Assembly: GCA_050187625.1 (NCBI GenBank)
Contig: JBFWXH010000020.1
Location: forward strand, 15,355 to 79,354
From: Candidatus Binatia bacterium
GTDB lineage: Bacteria > Desulfobacterota > Binatia > Bin18
Direction: 5' to 3'
Length of the DNA stretch: 64,000 nt
A program made the translations under genes and the position numbers. The notes under the pieces were generated by a model. That model worked only from the letters and a program-made list of their open reading frames with translations, had not been told where the DNA came from and did no database searches. Positions 44,853 through 54,429 of the stretch are shown piece after piece. Each line of letters opens with the position of its first letter. The first letter of the stretch is position 1.

Positions 44853-46781
44853 ATGCATGAACAACACAACGCGAATGGCCAAGGGGAAGCACAACGCTTC
44901 GCCGAAGCTGTCGCGATTGCCAACATTCCAACACTCCTGATGGTGTTGGTGCAGTTGACCGGCGATCTTCGCTGGCTAGAGGAGCCCTATCGACCTCACC
45001 GCGCCCGCGGGATGAATGATAACGATACCGGCGGACTGCCAGAGCCAATTCAGGCCGAGATCCGCAAAGCGGCACTGGAGGCTATCTTGGCCTGGCGGGC
45101 GGGCCATCCAGTAGCTATTCCCGAACCATCTCCCGAATTGCGCTGTCAAATGTTGGCCTGTGCCGTAGCCGAAAAGGTGCCCCTCGAATACGATCCGCTC
45201 ATTGCTGCAGATCTTCCTTTGGCACAGCACGACATTGTCGAGAAATTGCCGGTCCCAGAGGGATTCAAAGCACTGATCATTGGCGCTGGCGTCTCGGGCT
45301 TATGCGCGGCAATCAAGTTCCAGCAAGCGGGTATCCCTTTTACTATCCTGGAAAAAAGCACCCAGTTAGGAGGTATCTGGCGCGATAACCGCTATCCTGG
45401 CGCTGGGGTCGACACTCCGAACCATCTCTACTCATACACGTTCGCTCCGTACGACTGGTCGATGTATTTCGCGCTCCGCGACGAACTGCATGCCTATCTG
45501 GAGCACGTTGCCGATACGTTCAACCTGCGCCCGCACATCCGCTTCGAGACCGAGGTGAAGTCGGCTGACTATGACGAAAAGACGCAGCAGTGGAAGGTAA
45601 CGGTTCGGCAGGCCAACGGTTCACAAGAGACACTCACCAGCAACGTCCTCATCAGCGCAGTCGGGATCTTTAATCCCATCAAGATGCCGGACATCAAAGG
45701 GCTGGAGAGCTTTGCCGGTCCGTGTTTTCACACGGCAGAGTGGCCCGATGATGTTGATCTTACGGGGAAGCGGGTGGCCATGATCGGCAATGGTGCCAGC
45801 GCCATGCAGACGGGGCCGGCGATTCAACACAAGGTGAAATCACTCACGATCTTCCAGAAGTCGCCGCATTGGGTAGCGCCCAATGAACAGTTTGGCAAGC
45901 CGATCCCTGATGCTCTGCGTTTCCTACTGCGCGAAGTGCCGCTCTATCGCGCGTGGTATCGCATACGCCTGGGCTGGACGTTTGGCGACCGTATTCACTC
46001 CACTCTACAGAAGGACCCCACCTGGGAATACGCCGATCGCTCGCTCAACAAAATGAACGACTCGCATCGGGCCTACTTCACGCAGTATATCGTTTCTGAG
46101 ATTGGCGACAGAACCGACCTGCTGGAGAAAGTCGTGCCGACTTACCCACCCTTCGGCAAGCGCATGTTGATGGATAACGGCTGGTACCGCATGTTGCGTA
46201 ACGAGAAGGTGCAACTTGTTTCTGATCCCATCGTCGAGATTAAGCCAGATCGCGTCGTTACCAAAGATGGTTCGGAATATGAAGCCGACGTGTTGGTGGT
46301 AGCCACCGGGTTTGACGTGTTGCGCTTTCTCACCTCCTTTGAGGCACGGGGCCGCTCGGGACGCAGTTTGCGCGAGGTGTGGGAGGATGACAATGCCAAG
46401 GCGTACATCGGGACGGTTATCCCCGACTTTCCCAACTTCTTCTGCTTGTACGGGCCAAACTTACAGCCAGGCCACGGCGGCAGTCTGATTTTCGTCGTCG
46501 AAATGCAGATGCGCTATATCATGGACGTGTTGAAGAAGATGTTGACACAAAACCTTGGTGCGGTTGAATGTCGTCAGGACGTGCACGACGCGTACAACGA
46601 AGGCGTGGATCAAGCACATGCCAACATGGTCTGGACCCACCCTGGGATGGAAACCTACTATCGCAATGACCGCGGGCGAATTGTCGTGAATTCTCCGTAT
46701 CGCAACACCACCTTCTACAATATGACGCGTGAAGCCAAGCTCACTGACTTTACTGTCGAGCCTCGCCACTCGTCGTCTTGA
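44853..46781 (+). CDS. Type-I Baeyer-Villiger monooxygenase with ~140-aa N-terminal extension (HAPMO-like, 642 aa)
   Basis: GGGAGG RBS. IGAGVSG at residues 144-149, LGGIWRDNRYPGAGVD, FAGPCFHTAEWPDD, IGNGASAMQ. Confidence 0.85.
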   Translation: MHEQHNANGQGEAQRFAEAVAIANIPTLLMVLVQLTGDLRWLEEPYRPHRARGMNDNDTGGLPEPIQAEIRKAALEAILAWRAGHPVAIPEPSPELRCQMLACAVAEKVPLEYDPLIAADLPLAQHDIVEKLPVPEGFKALIIGAGVSGLCAAIKFQQAGIPFTILEKSTQLGGIWRDNRYPGAGVDTPNHLYSYTFAPYDWSMYFALRDELHAYLEHVADTFNLRPHIRFETEVKSADYDEKTQQWKVTVRQANGSQETLTSNVLISAVGIFNPIKMPDIKGLESFAGPCFHTAEWPDDVDLTGKRVAMIGNGASAMQTGPAIQHKVKSLTIFQKSPHWVAPNEQFGKPIPDALRFLLREVPLYRAWYRIRLGWTFGDRIHSTLQKDPTWEYADRSLNKMNDSHRAYFTQYIVSEIGDRTDLLEKVVPTYPPFGKRMLMDNGWYRMLRNEKVQLVSDPIVEIKPDRVVTKDGSEYEADVLVVATGFDVLRFLTSFEARGRSGRSLREVWEDDNAKAYIGTVIPDFPNFFCLYGPNLQPGHGGSLIFVVEMQMRYIMDVLKKMLTQNLGAVECRQDVHDAYNEGVDQAHANMVWTHPGMETYYRNDRGRIVVNSPYRNTTFYNMTREAKLTDFTVEPRHSSS

Positions 46782-46823
46782 AGATTTGCAGGGGAGGTCG
46801 CTGAGAATTCCTCGGAGCGACCT

Positions 46824-47744
46824 CTATGCATCTAATCCCTCACGCAGCGGCGTATAGGGAACGCGCTCTGTCCAGGGTTTGTAGGTATGCGCATTCTCCG
46901 GAGTAATGAGCCGCCCCAGGCCGGCGATGGTCGACTCCCCTCGGAGATCTTCACCATGCACCAGCGTGCGCACCACCAAATCACCAATGGCCGCTCCGAT
47001 ATTGGTAATCTCAATGTCCCATGTGCCATGCGACCGCCCAGCCAGGATCGCATCCACCGCTTTTGGACTGCCGTTGCGCGACACCATTTTCATCTCCCCA
47101 GCGCGACCGGCTTCCTCAATCGCGGCAAGGGTTCCCAACATGGTTTCGTCGTTAAACGGAATGAGACCGGCCAGGCTGGAGAAATCAGCCAAGAGCCGCC
47201 GCGCCGCTTCACGGCCGCCTTCAGCAACGTCTTCCAGGTTACGATAGCGTGACTCAAACGGATCATTCACTAACGTAAGGCCACTGTATTTGACCCCATG
47301 AACAATACCCATCACAAGCTCGATATCGTCAATAACTTCGGGACCACCGATGACCGCAACCCGTGCTGCAGCAGGCAAGAGCGACGCCAAATACTCGGCC
47401 ATATACACGCCATGATTAAAGTTTGGGTAAACCAGTGACGCGGTGACTGGATAACGTGGTCGCTCGAAAGTAAAAATTGGAATCCCACGCTGGCGAGCTG
47501 CTGCGACTGCCTGGGCGGGCTGTCCGGGGTCGAGAACATAGAGAACGATACCCTCCACCCCCGCCTGAATTCCCTGCTGAATCGCTTGCTGTTGTCCTTC
47601 GCTCCAATCGGGTCGCCGCACGTCGACGGTGAGCGTTCGGAGTTCGATCCCCGATTGTTGCAGACGGTGGGCAAGCCCATGGGCCAAGGCATCGAGACCA
47701 GGATGCGCTCCATATTCCATCACGTTCACGTAGAGTATACGCAT
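46824..47744 (-). CDS. Periplasmic-binding-protein type-I fold protein without signal peptide or HTH
   Basis: Starts directly with beta-strand MRILYVN. GIVLYVLDP...GIPIFTF...VAVIGGP...FNDETMLG matches ribose-binding/LacI-core topology. Confidence 0.65.
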   Translation of the reverse strand: MRILYVNVMEYGAHPGLDALAHGLAHRLQQSGIELRTLTVDVRRPDWSEGQQQAIQQGIQAGVEGIVLYVLDPGQPAQAVAAARQRGIPIFTFERPRYPVTASLVYPNFNHGVYMAEYLASLLPAAARVAVIGGPEVIDDIELVMGIVHGVKYSGLTLVNDPFESRYRNLEDVAEGGREAARRLLADFSSLAGLIPFNDETMLGTLAAIEEAGRAGEMKMVSRNGSPKAVDAILAGRSHGTWDIEITNIGAAIGDLVVRTLVHGEDLRGESTIAGLGRLITPENAHTYKPWTERVPYTPLREGLDA

Positions 47745-47762
47745 ATGTTCCTCGGTCCTGTT

Positions 47763-48689
47763 TCAGAGCCCGACCGATAGCGGCGTCCACTCGACCCGCT
47801 CCGACCACGGCCGCCAGCTGGCAATATTCTCTTGCGTAATCATCCGGCCAACCGGACTCATCGTCATATAATCTTCGAGTTCTTCACCACCCGCCAGATG
47901 GCGGACAACGAGGGCGCCAAGCGTCGTTCCAATCCCTGACGCATCCAGGTCCCACGTCCCCACGGTTTTCCCGGCCCGAACTGCGTCAACGGCTCGCGGT
48001 GAACCATTGCGAGAGACGATCTTGATGTTGCCCAATTGTCCAGCCTCTTCGAGGACCTGCACACAGCCGAGCATGGTCTCGTCATTATAGGGAATGAGAC
48101 CGTGGAGGTGCGATTGCGGAACATGTTGAAGCAAACATGCCATTGGGGCACGTGCCCCTTCCGCTACATCTTGGACATTACAGAACTGCCGATCTTCGGG
48201 ATCATTCAGCAACCGACAGTGGCTTCGTTTGAGGGCGTAGACCAAGCCAGCCACTTCCTCGGCGTCATCTACTGTATCCGGCCCGCCGATCACACCAACA
48301 CCACTATCCGCGGGCAACATTGACGCTAAGTATTCAGCCATGAACACCCCTTGGTTAAAGTTAGGATAGACGACAGAAGCATTGACCGGATAGCGCGGTC
48401 TGACAAACGAAAAAACTGGGATGCCCGCCGAACGCGCCTTGGCCACGATGTCGCCAAACATCGTCGGATCGAGGGCATAGATGACAATGCCATCGACCCG
48501 TGCGTCTATCCCGGCCTCAATCGCCGCCGCGTAGCGTTTCCGATAGCCAGGTTCACGAAAATCAGCGAACAAGACCGACAGCTGCATGCCAGCAGCGTGT
48601 AAGGCGTGCTGCAGACCATAGGCTAACGCATCAATAGCTGGGTTAGCGTCTAAGTGGATCGGATTCACATACAGGACTTGTTTCCCCAT
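47763..48689 (-). CDS. Periplasmic-binding-protein type-I fold protein, tandem paralogue
   Basis: Start MGKQVLYVNP. About 55% identical by eye to 46824-47744. 18-bp gap between the two genes. Confidence 0.65.
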   Translation of the reverse strand: MGKQVLYVNPIHLDANPAIDALAYGLQHALHAAGMQLSVLFADFREPGYRKRYAAAIEAGIDARVDGIVIYALDPTMFGDIVAKARSAGIPVFSFVRPRYPVNASVVYPNFNQGVFMAEYLASMLPADSGVGVIGGPDTVDDAEEVAGLVYALKRSHCRLLNDPEDRQFCNVQDVAEGARAPMACLLQHVPQSHLHGLIPYNDETMLGCVQVLEEAGQLGNIKIVSRNGSPRAVDAVRAGKTVGTWDLDASGIGTTLGALVVRHLAGGEELEDYMTMSPVGRMITQENIASWRPWSERVEWTPLSVGL

Positions 48690-48793
48690 TGACGACCTCG
48701 TATGCTCTTTTTCCGCCACGTAGCACGCGGGGCGTGCGGGTGCAAGCATAATGCCCCATAGACGTTCTTCTTGTGAGGACGGAGGAGCAAAAC

Positions 48794-49420
48794 ATGAGCG
48801 ACAGACGAGATGTGTTTATCCCAGCCTCGCACGGCGCGGCCTGTGTCGTCCGACGTGGGGAAACGATTCGCGTGGTGGACGTCGAAGGCCACCAAATCGG
48901 TGATTTCGTGTGTTTCAATCTCCATCATCGAGCCGAAAAGCTCTCTACTGGTGAGACGGTGAATTTCAATACGCTGGCTGGAAGCGGGTCGCTGCATTTC
49001 ACGGTCGGCAGCAAATTCTACTCGAATCTCCAGAACCCAATGTTTGAGATTGTTGAAGACCTGGCCAAGGGCGTCCACGATGCCCTGTTTGCACCGTGCA
49101 GCAGCGCACTGTACGCCGCGTGTGCAGGAGACCCCAGCCATCGTAACTGTCGAGACAATTTGGTGGAGGTGCTCGAGCCGTATGGCGTAGGGTATCTGGA
49201 CGTACCGGACCCGATTAATCTCTTTCAACACACACGCATTCGACCCGACGGAACAATCGACTGCCAGCCAGCGGCAACCCAAGCTGGGGAATATATCGCT
49301 CTTACAGCTCGGATGGATTGCCTGGTTGCGGTCTCGGCTTGCCCATATGACCTGGCCATTGAAGGACAAATGCCAAACGGGGCGGCGTGCACCCCGTTGC
49401 GGATCGAGTTTGTCAGGTAG
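48794..49420 (+). CDS. DUF1989 (urea-carboxylase-associated) family protein
   Basis: FIPASHGAACVVRRGETIRVVDVEGHQIGDFVCFN is the typical DUF1989 N-terminus. Confidence 0.65.
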   Translation: MSDRRDVFIPASHGAACVVRRGETIRVVDVEGHQIGDFVCFNLHHRAEKLSTGETVNFNTLAGSGSLHFTVGSKFYSNLQNPMFEIVEDLAKGVHDALFAPCSSALYAACAGDPSHRNCRDNLVEVLEPYGVGYLDVPDPINLFQHTRIRPDGTIDCQPAATQAGEYIALTARMDCLVAVSACPYDLAIEGQMPNGAACTPLRIEFVR

Positions 49421-49550
49421 TGAATCCGGACAGAAACAAGGACTGCCCGTGTCGTCCTCAACTTTCGCTTTGGACCGACCTGGACATTTCCTTGACGAGG
49501 CATCTTCGCATGCCGTGATGCCCTTGTGGATAAAATGGCGACGAGCACGA

Positions 49551-50621
49551 CTACGGACGAGCCAGAAACACTTGATGATACGGATTCTTGATGGGCAGCT
49601 TCTCGAACGTCGAGAACCCGGCCTCGGTGGCCAGGCTCCGCGCCAGGCTCTCACTAATAGCGGAGCCCAAGCCCTCACCGTTCTGCGCCAACGACACCGT
49701 GAGACAGTGCATCGTACTGGCGCCATACAGCGTGCGCCCAAACGTGTTGAAATTGTCTTCGAGCTGATCGGACACCTCAGCTTCTGACCACAGCAAGGCA
49801 CCGTCGGGTTTTAACACCCGACGCAGCCCAGCCAGGGCCGCCCGGGGCTGGGCCATGTCATGAATACAGTTGAAAGCCATGACCAAGTCAAACCGCTCCT
49901 TAAAGGGTAGGCTTTCCGCCGCAAGCCGCTCAAAGGAGAGACGCTCGCCGATCCCCGCTTCCTGCGCCTTTGCTCGGGCACGCTCGAGCGAGCCTGCGTC
50001 GACGTCATAGCCACAGAAACGAGAAGCGGGGAATGCTTGGGCAACTGGAATGAGACATTGCCCAGCCCCGCAGCCGACCTCAGCCGCTTCACCTCCGTGC
50101 TCAAGTTTATGCTGAATATGCGGCACGGCTGGAATCCACTGGTCGGCCACCCACGTCTCATAGCCGACGTGGAACAAACGCTCGATGGCCTCGACAATCT
50201 CTGGGCCGAAATCGGTAAAGGGGACTCCGCCGCCGTGTTGAAAGGCGTCCATCAATTTCCCTATCTGCCGATAGCAGGTAACGGCATATTGAAACGCGCC
50301 CGCCGTAAAGAAAGTGGTGTCCTCGTTGGCCAGGACCATGGCCTGCTCAGGGTTCATACGGAACCTGGCTTCTCCTGGGTCGTAGTCAACATAGCCGGCC
50401 GCTGCCATGGTGGCCGCCCACTCGCGCACGTAGCGCTCGGTCAGCCTGGTCTGCGCCGCAAGTTCCGCGGTCGTGAAGGCCGCGCCCGTAGAGAGAGCTT
50501 TAAAGAGACCCAAACGATCTCCTATATATGCTAGGGCAACCGTCATCGCTGCACCAAAGTCAGTGCCGACTTGGCGGGCCAGCCCTGCCGCCTTTTGCCG
50601 ATCGTAGATATTTGTAGCCAT
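49551..50621 (-). CDS. Class-I SAM-dependent methyltransferase with N-terminal winged-helix-like dimerisation domain
   Basis: Motif I EVGCGAGQ. Post-I/II DLVMAFNCIHDM, VLKPDGALL. Start MATNIYDRQK chosen over the upstream extension. Confidence 0.75.
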   Translation of the reverse strand: MATNIYDRQKAAGLARQVGTDFGAAMTVALAYIGDRLGLFKALSTGAAFTTAELAAQTRLTERYVREWAATMAAAGYVDYDPGEARFRMNPEQAMVLANEDTTFFTAGAFQYAVTCYRQIGKLMDAFQHGGGVPFTDFGPEIVEAIERLFHVGYETWVADQWIPAVPHIQHKLEHGGEAAEVGCGAGQCLIPVAQAFPASRFCGYDVDAGSLERARAKAQEAGIGERLSFERLAAESLPFKERFDLVMAFNCIHDMAQPRAALAGLRRVLKPDGALLWSEAEVSDQLEDNFNTFGRTLYGASTMHCLTVSLAQNGEGLGSAISESLARSLATEAGFSTFEKLPIKNPYHQVFLARP

Positions 50622-50901
50622 ACCGCCGACTGTTAGCACAGGACCACGGCTGATACAACGCGAAAACCGGTAGCCATTCCCCGGTGAAGAGGCCTCGTAG
50701 GGGGTGCGCGCGCACCACAGAATCAATCCATGGACGCGGAGCGCAAGCACACCCTAAAAAATGACCATCAAAGGCTCCGGGCATCAGCCACTTTCCGTAG
50801 CCGCAATATATGCCATCTTCGCGGAATAGGTAGCGAAGGGAGTCCGTATTGGACTCCCTTCATGTTCAGCCACCACGAATGAAGAGAACGCGAGTCGCGC
50901 T

Positions 50902-52086
50902 TCAGACGCGCTCGATGATCGTGCCGGTTCCGAGACCCCCACCGCAGCACATAGTGATCAACCCATAGCGGCCCTGCGAACGCTGCAGCTCGTGGGCGGC
51001 TTTGGTGACGAGAAAACAGCCGGTCGCGCCAAGCGGATGCCCCAGCGCGATCGCACCGCCATTGGGATTGACACGCGCCATGTCAGGCTTGATCTCTTTG
51101 GCCCAGGCCAACACCACTGAGGCAAAGGCCTCGTTAATTTCCACAACGTCAATGTCGTTGATCGACAACCCGGCGTGCTTGAGCATCTTACGGGTGGCAG
51201 GAATCGGCCCTTCAAGCATCAGCACCGGGTCACAACCGACGAGTGCCGTCTCGACAATCCGCGCCAGCGGTTTGAGCCCGAACTCACGAGCTTTCTCAGC
51301 GCTCATCAGCAACACTGCGGCAGCGCCATCGGCGATCTGAGACGAGGACCCCGCGGTGTGGACACCATTTTCGCGAGCGACGGGCTTAAGGTTAGCCAGG
51401 GCTTCAAGACTTGTTTTGCGTGGGATCTCATCGGTAGTGACGGTCTTCACCTTGTCGGTACGATTCCCGTCGTCGTCGAGAACCGGAGCCTCGACAGGAA
51501 TCATCTGCGCAGTGAAACGGCCCTCAGCGATTGCCCGCGCCGCGCGGATCTGCGATTCGAGCCCGAGGGCGTCGGTATCCGCCCTCGTTATCCCGTACTT
51601 TTCGGCAATACGCTCGGCGCCCTCAAACTGGCTGGTGAATTCATAATGCTCGTAGTAGCTCCGCGCAATAGGTTTGCCGTATCCAGCTTTCGCACCAGCG
51701 ATAGAGTCAGAACCGATCGGCAACCGGCTCATATTCTCGACTCCGCAGGCGAGTACGACGTCTTCCACCCCAGAGGCGATCAGGCTATACGCCAGATTGG
51801 TAGCTTCCTGTGAAGACCCGCATTGGGAATCGACCGTGATGCAGGGGACCTCCTGGGCGCCGCCGTGAGCGAGCCAGGCGGTGCGGGTCACGTTCATCGC
51901 CTGGGCGCCGACTTTGTTGATGCAACCGCCGACGACCTGTCCCACGTCGGCAGATTTAATCCCTGCGCGCCCGAGTACGCCGTTCAGGACTTGTCCTAAA
52001 ACATCGGTCGGATGAGCCCCGGCCAGAGATCCATTACGCCGACCCACCGGCGAACGGCCAGCCTCAACGATGACGACTTCTTTCAT
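50902..52086 (-). CDS. Acetyl-CoA C-acyltransferase (thiolase II/I family)
   Basis: MKEVVIVEAGRSPVGRRNGSL, active-site Cys in VDSQCGSSQEA, GHPLGATG, CCGGGLG. Confidence 0.9.
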   Translation of the reverse strand: MKEVVIVEAGRSPVGRRNGSLAGAHPTDVLGQVLNGVLGRAGIKSADVGQVVGGCINKVGAQAMNVTRTAWLAHGGAQEVPCITVDSQCGSSQEATNLAYSLIASGVEDVVLACGVENMSRLPIGSDSIAGAKAGYGKPIARSYYEHYEFTSQFEGAERIAEKYGITRADTDALGLESQIRAARAIAEGRFTAQMIPVEAPVLDDDGNRTDKVKTVTTDEIPRKTSLEALANLKPVARENGVHTAGSSSQIADGAAAVLLMSAEKAREFGLKPLARIVETALVGCDPVLMLEGPIPATRKMLKHAGLSINDIDVVEINEAFASVVLAWAKEIKPDMARVNPNGGAIALGHPLGATGCFLVTKAAHELQRSQGRYGLITMCCGGGLGTGTIIERV

Positions 52087-52308
52087 ATATTCCCTCCTAA
52101 GGGCGTCGCAGATCCGCCCCATTGAATGTCCTGTGTGATCCGTGCTGAATGGGCCTTTGTTCTAATATACGAAACCTGATTGCGCAAGGCAGAGCTTTGT
52201 CCAGGGAATCAGGCCAACTCTACAGGACACTTCACAACAGCCCTTGCCAGCAGGCGCCGAATGGGGAAAGAAGGGTATCTACACGCCATTTCGCATAAGG
52301 AGGAAGTT

Positions 52309-52692
52309 ATGAATACAGCCAATGAACAAGTCGTGGTTGAGTTTTTTAAAGCCTTCGATCGCCTGGATCTGGAAGGAGCGTTGAGCTGCCTTACCGAGGA
52401 TTGTGTCCATGATGACAAGCCAGTCGGGATTCACAAAGGAAAAGAAGAGATCCGTCAGTTTTTTGTTCCCCAGATGAAGGAGATGAAAAGTTTCCGGGCC
52501 GAGCTAAAAGAGACCTTGTCCGTCGGCGATCTGGTCATGAACGAACGGGTGGACTGGGTAGAGTTGCAGGGCGGAAAGAAGGCAGCAATCCCGGTCATGG
52601 CGGCGTTCGAGATCAGGAACGGGAAGATCGCCGTGTGGCGAGATTACTATGACATGAATACGTTTTTCAAACAGATCAAGGAGAGCAAGTAA
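52309..52692 (+). CDS. Limonene-1,2-epoxide-hydrolase-like NTF2-fold protein
   Basis: ATG 52309 follows AAGGAGGA. VVVEFFKAF..LD.EGALSCLTEDCVH...NGKIAVWRDYYD matches the LEH-family pattern (WRDYFD). Confidence 0.7.
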   Translation: MNTANEQVVVEFFKAFDRLDLEGALSCLTEDCVHDDKPVGIHKGKEEIRQFFVPQMKEMKSFRAELKETLSVGDLVMNERVDWVELQGGKKAAIPVMAAFEIRNGKIAVWRDYYDMNTFFKQIKESK

Positions 52693-52764
52693 ATACAATC
52701 CTGACCTATGATTTATACTACGTGCGGGCATAATTGCGCTTTTTGCTCTGCACTCATCGAGAGT

Positions 52765-52845
52765 GTCATTCTGAACGGAGCATTGCGGAGTGAAGAATCT
52801 CTCAGCAGGCGCAGAGGAGAGATGCTTCGCTCTGCTCAGCATGAC
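52765..52845. repeat. R2-variant palindromic element
   Basis: gtcattctgaacggagcattgcggagtgaagaatctc ... gagatgcttcgctctgctcagcatgac. It lies inside the false 5' extension of ORF 52708. Confidence 0.5.
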
Positions 52846-52890
52846 AAAACCGCATTTTCTACCCGCGCAAAGTATAGTTGGGAGGGCCAT

Positions 52891-54243
52891 ATGTCTGTAC
52901 CGCTATTCTTCTCCGCGTTCGTCATGAACACGGCGTCCCATATCCTGCACGGCGTATGGCGCCAACCCGATGCCCGTCAGATTGAATTTAACTCGCTGGA
53001 TTTTTGGGTCGATGTGGCGAAAGAACTAGAGGCGGGACTTTTCGACGTCATCTTTTTTGCAGATGTCATTGGACTGTATAACGACTTCAAGGGCTCGTAT
53101 CGAAAACACGTCGAAGCCGGCTTGCAAATTCCCAGCAACGACCCTTCGGTTATCTTGTCAGCGCTGGCGTACAACACCGAGCACCTCGGACTGGCCTTCA
53201 CCAGCAACATTCTGCAGGAACATCCGTTCAATTTTGCACGCAAGATTTCGACCCTTGACCACGCGTCGAAGGGGCGCATTGCGTGGAATATTGTCACGAA
53301 TCCATTGGCCAACGCCGCGCACAACTTTGGCCAGGAACTCACACCGCATGATGAACGGTACGAGTGGGCCAGCGAATATGTTGCTGTCGTTTACAAGCTC
53401 TGGGAGGGCTCATGGGACGAAGGTGCACTGGTACAGGATCGCGAGGCGGGGATTTATGGGAACTTCGACAAGATCCACCGCATCCATCACGTCGGGAAAC
53501 GTTACTCAGTCGAAGGGCCTCACCTTGTTGCGCCCTCGCCTCAGCGGACACCTCTTTTATTCCAGGCTGGGTCGTCTGCAGCCGGGATGAACTTCGCGGC
53601 GGCCAACGCCGAGGCGCAGTTTCTGATTACGCCACGCCCCGAGGTCGCTGCCTCGGTCATCAAGACGATGCGCAGCCTGCTCCCAAAGTACGGGCGACGC
53701 AGCGAGGATATCAAATTCTTCCAGGGCCTGTCGTTCGTGGTCGGCAGCACTGAGGAAGAAGCGACACGCAAAGGCCAAGCACTTGATGAAGCGATCGACG
53801 CTGAGACGATGATTACCCATCTGGGCGGAGCCATGGACATTGATCTGGGCGTGTATCCCCTGGACCACCCGCTCGCTGACATTCAGACGGAGGGCGTCCG
53901 CAGCATACTCGAATGGGTACAGGCATCGGTCGTAGGACGCACGGCGACGGTGCGTGATCTTGCCATTCTGAACAGCAAGGCAAGCCGCGTCACAGGAACC
54001 CCGGAACAAATCGCACAACAACTCGCGACGTGGCAGGAAGCTGGTATCGACGGTATCAACGTCATCAACGCCACGATCCCCGGGAGCTACACGGAGTTCA
54101 TCGAGCATGTGATGCCCGAACTTCGCAAACGGGGCCTCGCTAAACAGGCGTACACATCCGGCACCCTGCGCCGGAAATTGTTCGGTCGCGATACGGTGCC
54201 AACGACCCATCCCGCGGCGGCATACCGCAACGCCTTTCGGTAA
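52891..54243 (+). CDS. LLM-class monooxygenase, NtaA/SnaA/DszA subfamily
   Basis: ATG 52891 follows GGGAGGG. FFSAFVMNTASHILHGVWRQPDARQIEFNSLDFW is the subfamily hallmark. Confidence 0.85.
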   Translation: MSVPLFFSAFVMNTASHILHGVWRQPDARQIEFNSLDFWVDVAKELEAGLFDVIFFADVIGLYNDFKGSYRKHVEAGLQIPSNDPSVILSALAYNTEHLGLAFTSNILQEHPFNFARKISTLDHASKGRIAWNIVTNPLANAAHNFGQELTPHDERYEWASEYVAVVYKLWEGSWDEGALVQDREAGIYGNFDKIHRIHHVGKRYSVEGPHLVAPSPQRTPLLFQAGSSAAGMNFAAANAEAQFLITPRPEVAASVIKTMRSLLPKYGRRSEDIKFFQGLSFVVGSTEEEATRKGQALDEAIDAETMITHLGGAMDIDLGVYPLDHPLADIQTEGVRSILEWVQASVVGRTATVRDLAILNSKASRVTGTPEQIAQQLATWQEAGIDGINVINATIPGSYTEFIEHVMPELRKRGLAKQAYTSGTLRRKLFGRDTVPTTHPAAAYRNAFR

Positions 54244-54429
54244 AAGGACGGCGAGGCAGGTTTGCCGAGTCCAGCTCGCTGTCCTTGACAGATCAACAGC
54301 AAAACAACACAAATGGCCGCAAGGAACCACCACGCTTTGCCGTGGCCGTAGCGACTGCGAACATCCCAACATTGTTTATCTGGACCTGCAACGGAGAGCT
54401 GCCAATAGTGTCATGGAAGGAATGAATCA

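Noticed and set aside
48665-49801. 378-aa ORF on the minus strand spanning the DUF1989 gene and the end of the methyltransferase gene
   Set aside because: It is Arg/Cys/Ser/Pro-rich with no recognisable motif. It lies antisense to a well-supported gene. This is a typical shadow ORF in GC-rich DNA.
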